Shown piece after piece: positions 27,842-35,672 of a stretch of 64,000 nucleotides of DNA. The notes beneath the pieces were generated by a model. That model saw only the letters and a program-made list of their open reading frames with translations. It was not told the origin of the DNA and made no database searches. The DNA lies in assembly GCA_030765625.1 (NCBI GenBank), contig JAVCCF010000142.1:12429-76428 (forward strand). Direction: 5' to 3'. The translations under genes were made by a program, and so were the position numbers. This stretch comes from Candidatus Tenebribacter burtonii. GTDB lineage: Bacteria > Cloacimonadota > Cloacimonadia > Cloacimonadales > TCS61. Position 1 is the stretch's first letter; each line of letters opens with the position of its first letter.

Positions 27842-29974
27842 CTATATTTTATATTCTATTCCCAAATTCATTTCCCAATTCAAACCCGGTTGTGGAATAT
27901 GAACGTAAATCTCATACAATTTATTAAAAATATTGTTAATTCTTATTGCGGGTGTGAACTTAAAATCTTTCCACTCAATTGAATACTGGCTACTTGCATT
28001 CAGTAAATCATATGCTGGGAGTTGATGCTCATTAGTTGCTTGAAAGGAATTTGACCATTGTTCACCTGTAAGTTTATAATTTATAATTCCCTGAAATTTT
28101 TGAACTTTGATTCTGAGAGTTGTATCTAAGGAATAATCTGGAGTGTAAATTATTTTATTCCCATAATTAGGATTATCCTTGGATTTATTAATTGCTGTAC
28201 TTCTAGTAAAATTTGTTTTAAAATCTAAAAATTCAAGAGGATGTAAATCCAATTCAAAATCCCAATTTTCAACTTCGGCAGAAGATAGATTTCTGGGCAT
28301 CCATTTTCCAAAAGAATTTATATCCCAAATAATCAGATCATCAATATAATCATAACGATAAGTAACTTTAAATGAGTTATTCCATATTTCAAGTTTTGAA
28401 AAGATCTGCCAGCTCAGTGAACTCTCTGGCTTAAGATCTGGATTGCCCGATACATGAGAATCTCCTTTCCAAAAAAGGCTGTAGTAGGAAGGTAATGTAT
28501 ATCCATTTGCCACATTCCCGCTAAAATAAATTTTTAAATAATTTTCATACGAAAACTCCGGTTCCAGCTTCCAGCTTGTATGATCTTTAAAATCTGTTGT
28601 GTTATCCCAGCGTACAGAACCAACTAGACTTGTAGAATAGGGAAAATGCTTTTTCAGTAATTTAGTTTTTCCAAAAACAGCATAATTCTCCCTGAAAACT
28701 TTTTCAATGGATTGAGTTGGATAATTCAGATCTGTATATTTAAAATTTTCATATCGGTAATCTCCACCCCAATCAATATAGAAAATATCACTTACGAATT
28801 CTGTATATACTTTGATACCTCTACTTAGTTGTCGATTCTTAGCAAGAGTTGCCAGGAACATATTCCCTGACCAGGGAAAATCTAGTCGTGTGTTATCATA
28901 CAAAGCTTCGTCGAGAGAATAATGAAGATCGGTCTTAAACTTATAATCATCCAATTTAGTAGAATAATTTACGATATGCTTTTGAGATTGTCCACTTAAC
29001 CTGCTATTTTTATACTCTTCCAATGATTCAATATTACCGGGGAGTTTCTTAAAGAAATCCTGGAAAAGTAATTTGTATGAAATCATCCCAAATGCACCGG
29101 AATATCCTATACTAATATTTGCATCATAAATGGATTTATCGTTGTAATCCCTGGTTCTAAGTGTATCGGGATCATCTGCAGGAATATATTCAAAATTATT
29201 TCTGGCAAAACTTTTCCTGATAAAAGTATAAAATTGAAATTTAGAATTAGCGGCAGATAATGTGATCGAATGCTTATCCAAACCAAATGAGCCAAAAGTA
29301 TGACTGAAACTTGTCACATATTTATCCTTTGCTCTTTTTGTATTTATGTTTATAATTCCACCCATTGAACCGCCACCACCAATGCTGCTGGAACTACCCT
29401 TCACCACTTCAATACTCTCGATGATCTCAGCCGGAATAGTTGAAATATCAAATGCCGTTCCACTTTTATTTAAAGGAATGCCGTCCAGCATCACAAGCGT
29501 ATGACGTGCTTTGTAGCCTGGGAAGATGATCTTCTGCTCTTCTCCGGTAAGTGGCATTCCTGATATTTGCAGATCGGTATTATCTCTGAGAATGTCCGCC
29601 GCTGAACCTGAGTTGTTATTAGTTTTTATTACTACAATTTCACTTGAACCGATCAACTCTCTTTTCCTCTGCTCGATTATTCTTAAACCTTCAATCGTGA
29701 TAATATCATCTTTTAAAACTACCGTCTCTTTGATATTACCTGCTAATAATATTATATCTTTATAGGTGATCTTATGAAAATTAATCTCATCTTCTTCAGA
29801 TACATCCATTATTTTAAAATTTCCATTCTCTTGTGAAATCACAGCTTTATTGTTCACTGTAATAATTACATTCTTAATTGGCTCACCATCAACATTCACA
29901 ATGCGACTTGTGATGTTCAAACTGATCAATTTCATCGTGACAAAAAGTAGGATGACTATAATTTTAGTTCGCAT
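27842..29974 (-). CDS. TonB-dependent outer-membrane receptor with N-terminal carboxypeptidase-regulatory-like domain
   Basis: Plug region (MPLTGEEQKIIFPGYKARHTLVMLDGIPLN...IESIEVVKGSSSS) followed by a long beta-barrel with alternating pattern. The locus context suggests cobalamin or iron-complex uptake. Confidence 0.85.
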   Translation of the reverse strand: MRTKIIVILLFVTMKLISLNITSRIVNVDGEPIKNVIITVNNKAVISQENGNFKIMDVSEEDEINFHKITYKDIILLAGNIKETVVLKDDIITIEGLRIIEQRKRELIGSSEIVVIKTNNNSGSAADILRDNTDLQISGMPLTGEEQKIIFPGYKARHTLVMLDGIPLNKSGTAFDISTIPAEIIESIEVVKGSSSSIGGGGSMGGIININTKRAKDKYVTSFSHTFGSFGLDKHSITLSAANSKFQFYTFIRKSFARNNFEYIPADDPDTLRTRDYNDKSIYDANISIGYSGAFGMISYKLLFQDFFKKLPGNIESLEEYKNSRLSGQSQKHIVNYSTKLDDYKFKTDLHYSLDEALYDNTRLDFPWSGNMFLATLAKNRQLSRGIKVYTEFVSDIFYIDWGGDYRYENFKYTDLNYPTQSIEKVFRENYAVFGKTKLLKKHFPYSTSLVGSVRWDNTTDFKDHTSWKLEPEFSYENYLKIYFSGNVANGYTLPSYYSLFWKGDSHVSGNPDLKPESSLSWQIFSKLEIWNNSFKVTYRYDYIDDLIIWDINSFGKWMPRNLSSAEVENWDFELDLHPLEFLDFKTNFTRSTAINKSKDNPNYGNKIIYTPDYSLDTTLRIKVQKFQGIINYKLTGEQWSNSFQATNEHQLPAYDLLNASSQYSIEWKDFKFTPAIRINNIFNKLYEIYVHIPQPGLNWEMNLGIEYKI

Positions 29975-30746
29975 TTTTTCCCGGATAAATAAGATTTGGT
30001 TTTTCTGAAACTGGATTTTTTATAATCTTTAATTCTGCATTGTAAAGTTGTTTTAAATTCTTAGAATTCACAATATCCTCAGGAGTTCCATCAGCAATGA
30101 TAATTCCTTTTTTGAGCATAACAATTCGCTCGCAATATTCGCTGGCTAAATTTATATTGTGGGAAACCAAAATTATGAGTTTATTGTGTTCCCTATTTAT
30201 TTCAGAAAGCAGTTGCATGATCTCCAGTTGATGATTTATATCAAGATTCGCAAATGCTTCATCCATCAATAAAACCTGGGTTTCCTGAGCTAATGCCCTG
30301 GCAATAGAAACACGTCTCCGCTCACCACCGCTTAGTTGAGAATATAACTTATTTTTCAAGGAATTAAGATCAAGTTGCTCTAATATCTGTTCTACTTTTT
30401 TCTTATCTATATTGGTATAGTTTTGCCAGCGACCAAGATATGGAAATCTTCCCATCAATACAAGGTCTTCAACTGTGTAATCAAATTGAAGTTGGAAATC
30501 CTGCGGGATTATTGCAATCTGTTTTGCCAGTCCCAATCTTGACCAATCATGAAATTCTTTTCCGGAAATGAAAACTTGTCCTGTTTTTTCAAGTTGAAAA
30601 TCGATGATCGCTTTGAGTAAAGTAGATTTTCCTGCTCCGTTAGGTCCTAAAAGAGCACAGAATTCTCCTTCATGAAAATCTATAGAAAGATTCTCCAGAA
30701 CCTTTTTTTTCTGATACGAAACACTTACATTCTTTAAACTTATCAT
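29964..30746 (-). CDS. Iron-complex/cobalamin ABC transporter ATP-binding protein (FepC/BtuD type)
   Basis: Walker A GPNGAGKST, signature LSGGERRR, Walker B LLMDEAFANLD. Confidence 0.9.
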   Translation of the reverse strand: MISLKNVSVSYQKKKVLENLSIDFHEGEFCALLGPNGAGKSTLLKAIIDFQLEKTGQVFISGKEFHDWSRLGLAKQIAIIPQDFQLQFDYTVEDLVLMGRFPYLGRWQNYTNIDKKKVEQILEQLDLNSLKNKLYSQLSGGERRRVSIARALAQETQVLLMDEAFANLDINHQLEIMQLLSEINREHNKLIILVSHNINLASEYCERIVMLKKGIIIADGTPEDIVNSKNLKQLYNAELKIIKNPVSEKPNLIYPGKNAN

Positions 30747-30820
30747 TTATTTTTACCTTTTATAAAAAAATATTTGCCAATTCATACTAATTTAATATGT
30801 TATCCTCGAAGGAGATGAAA

Positions 30821-31231
30821 ATGAATATTTCAACGAAGACCGAATATGCAGTACGAGCTCTCTCTGAACTCGCTTTAAATTCTGCAGATAAACCAATTTC
30901 CATTAATGACATTTGCAAGAATCGAAATCTTCCGGTGAAATATGTCGAACAACTCTTTCGTAAGCTAAAACAGAATGGACTTATAAAAAGTATTCGCGGA
31001 GCAAAAGGTGGATATCAACTTGCTTTGAAAGTAAATAACATCTCACTTAAAGATATTATGGAAGCTGTTGACGAAAACTATGTTGCTCCATTTTGTAATG
31101 GAAAACCGGAAAATAATGTACATTGTATTGGTTTACCTTGCGGTTTTAAAGAACTCTGGGATGAAATAAAAAAACATATGGAAAAATATTTTGACTCGAT
31201 AAAATTAGATCAAATCGTGGCAAGATTATAA
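30821..31231 (+). CDS. Rrf2-family transcriptional regulator (IscR-like, Cys-bearing)
   Basis: MNISTKTEYAVRAL...GYQLA wHTH. Cys triad FCNGKPENNVHCIGLPC. AAGGAG lies 6 nt upstream of the ATG at 30821. The track ORF starts earlier, at 30797. Confidence 0.85.
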   Translation: MNISTKTEYAVRALSELALNSADKPISINDICKNRNLPVKYVEQLFRKLKQNGLIKSIRGAKGGYQLALKVNNISLKDIMEAVDENYVAPFCNGKPENNVHCIGLPCGFKELWDEIKKHMEKYFDSIKLDQIVARL

Positions 31232-31241
31232 GGAGAATTTT

Positions 31242-32408
31242 ATGGAAAGGATATATTTTAATAATTGTTTAACATCACAACCAGCACGAGAAGTTATAGA
31301 AATAATAACTGCTTATATGAAAGACAAATATTATTTCCCAGAAAATTTCATCTCTAAGGGAACTGAAGCTTCCAATAACTTGGATAATGCTAAAAAAATC
31401 ATTGCTGATTCTATGGGAGCAGATGCAAAAGAAATTCATTTTACATCAGGAGGAACTGCTGCTAATAATCTAGCAATAAAGGGTTATCTTACAGCAAATT
31501 CAAACAAAGGAACTCACATAATTTGCTCTGTGATTGATTACCCGGATATTCTTACAAACGCTGCTTTCTTTGAAAATAGCGGATTTGATGTGACTTATCT
31601 ACAAAATGATAATGAAGGATTCATTGATCTCGAACAACTCAAAGATTCTATCCGTAAAGATACAATTTTATTCATGACAACAATGGGAAATCATACAGTC
31701 GGTACAATTCAGCCAATAAAAGAGATCAGAGATATATTGGATAGCGCTAAACAAAAAATTGTGATGCATGTTGATGCTTGTGAAGCTTATGCCCGTATTC
31801 CGATAGATGTGAATGAATTAGGAATAGATCTGATGTCTATCAGTGCTCACAAAATTCACGGTCCTCAAGGCATTGGTGCTTTGTATCAGCGAAAAGGAAT
31901 TGTGTTGGGACAGATTCAACATGGAGTAAACAGAATGGATAACCTGCAAACAGGCGGTATGAATATTGCTTCTATCGCTGGATTTGCTAAAGCTGTGGAA
32001 CTTGCTTTCAACGATCTGGATGCAAATATTGCAAAGATACGCAAACTTTCTGATTATCTGCTGAATAAAATTGAATCCACAATCCCAGATACTTTATTGA
32101 ATGGTCCACGAGGAATCAAACGTATTTCTCATAATATCAACATTTCTTTTGATTATATTGAAGGTGAGGCAATTATGATGATGATGGATATTAATGGCGT
32201 TTCCATTTCTACTGGAAGTGCCTGTGCTTCCCAAGGGTTAAAACCAAATTATGTTATGATGGCTATCGGCAGAAATCACGAGCAATCACACAGCTCAATG
32301 AAATTTACACTTAGCAGATATAATACATTCCAAGAGATAGACTATACTGTTGAAAAACTGGCTGAAGTAGTAAAAGAGCTTCGTTCACGAAGTCCACTTT
32401 GTAATTAA
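31242..32408 (+). CDS. Cysteine desulfurase (NifS/IscS class V aminotransferase)
   Basis: PLP-lysine motif SAHKIHGPQGIGALY. Active-site loop SISTGSACAS. Confidence 0.9.
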   Translation: MERIYFNNCLTSQPAREVIEIITAYMKDKYYFPENFISKGTEASNNLDNAKKIIADSMGADAKEIHFTSGGTAANNLAIKGYLTANSNKGTHIICSVIDYPDILTNAAFFENSGFDVTYLQNDNEGFIDLEQLKDSIRKDTILFMTTMGNHTVGTIQPIKEIRDILDSAKQKIVMHVDACEAYARIPIDVNELGIDLMSISAHKIHGPQGIGALYQRKGIVLGQIQHGVNRMDNLQTGGMNIASIAGFAKAVELAFNDLDANIAKIRKLSDYLLNKIESTIPDTLLNGPRGIKRISHNINISFDYIEGEAIMMMMDINGVSISTGSACASQGLKPNYVMMAIGRNHEQSHSSMKFTLSRYNTFQEIDYTVEKLAEVVKELRSRSPLCN

Positions 32409-32427
32409 TACATGAAGATAAATAAGA

Positions 32428-32577
32428 AGATTAGACAGGATCGACAAGATATACTGGATAAAAAATAATGAAAAAAACTTTCGGGAAATTTGGATTTGAA
32501 AAATTAAAGTCGATTATAATATTGTCTCTAATGTTTCAAAAAATCCTATTAATCATGTTTATCCCGTCAATAAAGCT
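32428..32577. repeat. Imperfect inverted-repeat element in the desulfurase-iscU spacer
   Basis: Left arm GACAGGATCGACAAGATATACTGGAT matches the reverse complement of right arm ATCCTATTAATCATGTTTATCCCGTC at 18 of 26 positions by manual alignment. About 70 nt separate the arms. Confidence 0.45.
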
Positions 32578-32593
32578 ATAATAGGAGAATAAT

Positions 32594-33214
32594 ATGCAAT
32601 ATTCACAAAAAGTTTTAGACCATTTCATGAAACCACACAATATTGGTAAATTGGAAAACCCTGATGTAGAAGCAACCGAAGGAAGTCCGGCTTGTGGTGA
32701 TCAGATCTCAATATTTTTGAAAATAAATTATGAAACACATATTATAGAAGATATTAAGTTCCAATCCTACGGATGTGCTTCTAACATTGCTACAGGTTCC
32801 ATTATTACAGATATGGCGATGGGTAAAACTATTGAAGAAGCTAAAAATATAACATGGAAGGGTGCAGCTGAAGAACTTGATGGATTACCGGCAGTTAAAA
32901 TGCACTGCTCTGTACTTGCTGTAGACACACTTAAAAAAGCTATCAAGAAATACGAGATTGAACATGGTTTAGCCAAGGCAGAGACATTTAGCAAAAAAAC
33001 TATTATTGAGGAACTTAAGAAAGTAATTTATCCCGGTGTTGGAGAAGATATCGTCACACTTAAAATGGTAAAGTATGTAGGTTTAGAAAATGGTGTAGCA
33101 ACCATTGATGTAGAAATTCCCAAATTTGATACACACCGTGATAATGTGGTTGAAGAGATCAAAGAACACTTGGAAGCATTTGATGAGATCAAGGAAATTA
33201 AGGTAACAATTTAA
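32594..33214 (+). CDS. Fe-S scaffold IscU/NifU N-domain fused to a DUF59 (MIP18/SufT-like) domain
   Basis: IscU Cys ligands GSPACGD, SYGCAS and KMHCS. C-terminal IIEELKKVIYPGVGEDIVTLKMVKYVGLENGVATIDV resembles DUF59. Confidence 0.8.
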   Translation: MQYSQKVLDHFMKPHNIGKLENPDVEATEGSPACGDQISIFLKINYETHIIEDIKFQSYGCASNIATGSIITDMAMGKTIEEAKNITWKGAAEELDGLPAVKMHCSVLAVDTLKKAIKKYEIEHGLAKAETFSKKTIIEELKKVIYPGVGEDIVTLKMVKYVGLENGVATIDVEIPKFDTHRDNVVEEIKEHLEAFDEIKEIKVTI

Positions 33215-33225
33215 TCTCTTTTGTA

Positions 33226-33327
33226 TAACCTTCGCAATGGTTAAGTAACGAAACCTTGCGAATGGTTATAACATCAAAAACCTGGTTTATCCTAACCATT
33301 GCGGAGGTTTTCAACCATTCGCAAGGT
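33226..33327. repeat. Array of four ~17-nt palindromic units in alternating orientation
   Basis: A1 TAACCTTCGCAATGGTTA (33226-33243), A2 AACCTTGCGAATGGTTAT (33252-33269), A3 TAACCATTGCGGAGGTT (33293-33309), A4 CAACCATTCGCAAGGT (33312-33327). A3 is the reverse complement of A1 at 16 of 17 positions. A4 is the reverse complement of A2 at 15 of 15. Confidence 0.8.
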
Positions 33328-33391
33328 GATATTATTCTGTTTTTTATTTCATCCCACTCTATATATTTTTAAAGAACTAATTATATTCTAT

Positions 33392-33469
33392 AAACCCTTC
33401 GTTCGTGTCATCCTGTTTGCCAAGTCAAAGCTTAGCGAAGGATGGAGTTCATCGAAGGATGAAGGGTTT
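33392..33469. repeat. 78-nt hairpin element of the GTCATCCTG...CGAAGGATG REP-like family
   Basis: AAACCCTTC (33392-33400) pairs with GAAGGGTTT (33461-33469). Inner CATCC/GGATG pairing. The core TCGTGTCATCCTG recurs in reverse complement inside two coding regions at 26671-26703 and 48379-48410. Confidence 0.7.
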
Positions 33470-33492
33470 AACACACAATTAATATTATTACT

Positions 33493-34413
33493 TTATCTAC
33501 TTTTTGCCATAATGAACAGGAAGAAAGGACAACCTAAGAAGGCTGTGATTATCCCTACTGGAATTTCGATCACAGCAATGTGCATTGCAATAAGATCACA
33601 CAAAATTAGTAGAATAGCCCCAAATATCGAAGAATAAATAATTCCGGTTTGTTTATTTCCTCCTGAAACCATGCGAACAATATGAGGAACAATAAGACCA
33701 ATAAATCCGATAATTCCAGCGTAAGCAACTGTTATACCTGTAAGCAGTGAACTTATTATGAATATCTTTCTACGCAGTTTCTTCACATCGATGCCCAAAC
33801 TTCCGGCAATAACATCTCCGGTTGTTAATATCATCAATTGGCGTGAAAGCAGGAATAGATAGAGCATCAGCAAGATTGAAATTCCAAATACAACTAGAAA
33901 ATAATACCATTCTTTGCGGCTGAAAATATGCCCGAGATTTCCCATAAGTACATTGATTATGTTCCCAATATCCTGCTGATTGAAATACATTAGTAATGAA
34001 ATGAGTGCCCCGAAAAACATACCCACGATTATGCCTGAAAGTAATAATTTCGTACTGTTGAAAAACCCGCCGAGATGTGCTAGAAACCAGACAATAGTTA
34101 ATGTGATCAATGCTCCGGCAAATCCAAAAAGAGGCATGAATAAATAAAAACCCATTACACTCGCTAAAATGCTACCAAAAGCTGCACCGGATGAAATACC
34201 AAGAATGTATGGTTCTGCGAGAGGATTATTCAGCATGATCTGAAAAGAATAGCCAACACCTGAGAGAACAAATCCAACCAGAAATGCCAGCATTAATCGC
34301 GGCAGGCGGATTTGCAGAATGATGTGCAAACTTTCTGCTTGGTAATTTAAATATAAATATATCAAGATCAATGAAACAATAAACAGCAAAATGGGAATAA
34401 TCTTATTTTTCAT
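33493..34413 (-). CDS. btuC: FecCD-family ABC permease (BtuC-like)
   Basis: 306 aa, about 9-10 TM helices. LRLPRLMLAFLVG...NPLAEPYILGISSGA and the C-terminal IPVGIITAFLGCPFFL motifs are typical of FecCD/BtuC. It lies downstream of the cobalamin riboswitch. Confidence 0.85.
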   Translation of the reverse strand: MKNKIIPILLFIVSLILIYLYLNYQAESLHIILQIRLPRLMLAFLVGFVLSGVGYSFQIMLNNPLAEPYILGISSGAAFGSILASVMGFYLFMPLFGFAGALITLTIVWFLAHLGGFFNSTKLLLSGIIVGMFFGALISLLMYFNQQDIGNIINVLMGNLGHIFSRKEWYYFLVVFGISILLMLYLFLLSRQLMILTTGDVIAGSLGIDVKKLRRKIFIISSLLTGITVAYAGIIGFIGLIVPHIVRMVSGGNKQTGIIYSSIFGAILLILCDLIAMHIAVIEIPVGIITAFLGCPFFLFIMAKSR

Positions 34414-35239
34414 TTTTAAAAATCTTCTGTAATATTTTCATACCTTCGATAACACGCGGAGTTGCCCTAATTATCAGATCTGGATTAATATCAAGAGCTG
34501 TGTAAATGCGGTCATTCTTTACCGCGGAGATTACTTCCCAACCTTTGCGAATTTTAATACTCTCTGCTGTAACTTCCGGCGGACAGGTCAAAATAATAAT
34601 TTCCGGATTTGCATTGATAACATCCTCTGCTTTCACACGTGAATAATCTCGTGGAAGTTCGGCAAAGATATTATTTCCTCCAGCTTTTTGTATAACTTCA
34701 CCAACAAACGATCTATCAGAGACACTCATTATTGGAGTGTTGTAAATTTCCACATAAACTGTATGTGAGTTATCAACATTATTTATAGCAATTTTTTCAA
34801 TTTCTGTTTCCAAACTATCTGCAACAAAGTTGGCTCGTTTTTCTGCTCCGATAAGTTTCCCAATTTCACGAATTGAAGATATCATATCGTCAATAGATTT
34901 TGGATAGAATTGAGCTGTGGAAATTTGTAATTTCTCAAGTTCGGTTGTGAGTAATTCCTGTTCTAAACCGGAGGTAAAAACAATTGTTGGATCGAGTGAG
35001 ATTATCTTTTCAAAATCTACCTTACCAAAATTTCCAACTTTTTCTAATTCTTTTAATTCAGCAGGATAATCACATTCAATAGTTACACCTACAATATTTC
35101 TTGCACCTTGCAACAAATAAATGATCTCAGCAATTTCCGGAGATGTGATGATATAACGGTTACCTGTTTGCTGTTTAAACTTTGAACATCCTGTTAAAAT
35201 TATTACAGCAACAAATAAAAATAACACTATTTTTTTCAT
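34403..35239 (-). CDS. btuF: Periplasmic-binding-protein-type substrate-binding lipoprotein (BtuF-like)
   Basis: Lipobox LTGCSK. PBP type 2 pattern (IVGVT...DPTIVFTS...NPEIIIL). Directly preceded by a cobalamin riboswitch. Confidence 0.8.
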   Translation of the reverse strand: MKKIVLFLFVAVIILTGCSKFKQQTGNRYIITSPEIAEIIYLLQGARNIVGVTIECDYPAELKELEKVGNFGKVDFEKIISLDPTIVFTSGLEQELLTTELEKLQISTAQFYPKSIDDMISSIREIGKLIGAEKRANFVADSLETEIEKIAINNVDNSHTVYVEIYNTPIMSVSDRSFVGEVIQKAGGNNIFAELPRDYSRVKAEDVINANPEIIILTCPPEVTAESIKIRKGWEVISAVKNDRIYTALDINPDLIIRATPRVIEGMKILQKIFKNEK

Positions 35240-35244
35240 AAAAA

Positions 35245-35291
35245 ATCCTTTTATTTAGGAAGCTAAAAAAAAGCTGCTAAAATAAAAGGAT
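35245..35291 (-). promoter_or_regulatory. RBS-sequestering hairpin (expression platform) between the riboswitch aptamer and the btuF start
   Basis: Perfect 12-bp inverted repeat, ATCCTTTTATTT (35245-35256) and AAATAAAAGGAT (35280-35291). In the minus-strand mRNA the 3' arm contains the AAAGGA Shine-Dalgarno just upstream of the ATG at 35239. Confidence 0.6.
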
Positions 35292-35343
35292 TTTATAAAA
35301 CTTGATTAACAATAGCTCTTGCTCCGGAGTATTGATTAAAAAA

Positions 35344-35510
35344 GCTTTATGGCAGGTTTCCTGACTTGCAGATCAAGTTTAATCCCAGTCCTTCCCAAAT
35401 ATTAATTCAGTGAACTGAAATCATTAATTATTAATTAACAAAACTGCTTACAGTGGCGGAGACCGCTCCCGAATTACACGGGATTCCCTTTTACTTTTGC
35501 ACCATCAAGC
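35344..35510 (-). promoter_or_regulatory. Cobalamin (B12) riboswitch aptamer
   Basis: The minus strand reads GCUUGAUGGUGCAAAAGUAAAAGGGAAUCCCGUGUAAUUCGGGAGCGGUCUCCGCCACUGUAAGC...AGUCAGGAAACCUGCCAUAAAGC. It has the conserved GCCACUG element and the B12 box AGUCAGGAAACCUGCC. P1 pairs GCUUGAUGG with CCAUAAAGC. Confidence 0.85.
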
Positions 35511-35672
35511 TTCACTCTATTGATTTATAAACTGAACAAAAAAACTGCTGGGATTATGTCAAGTTTAGTGTAATCGGTTTTGATATAATTTGTATTCCAC
35601 ATTCCTATAACAGTTCTACAACATTGCGATAAACAAATTCTATAGGTAAACCGTTTTTTAAATCCTTCATTT

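Noticed and set aside
33299-33637. Plus-strand 112-aa ORF spanning the repeat region and the 3' end of the btuC-like gene.
   Set aside because: Its N-terminal half is a read-through of the palindromic repeat elements (junk peptide VILFAKSKLSEGWSSSKDEG). Its C-terminal half is antisense to a well-supported FecCD permease.
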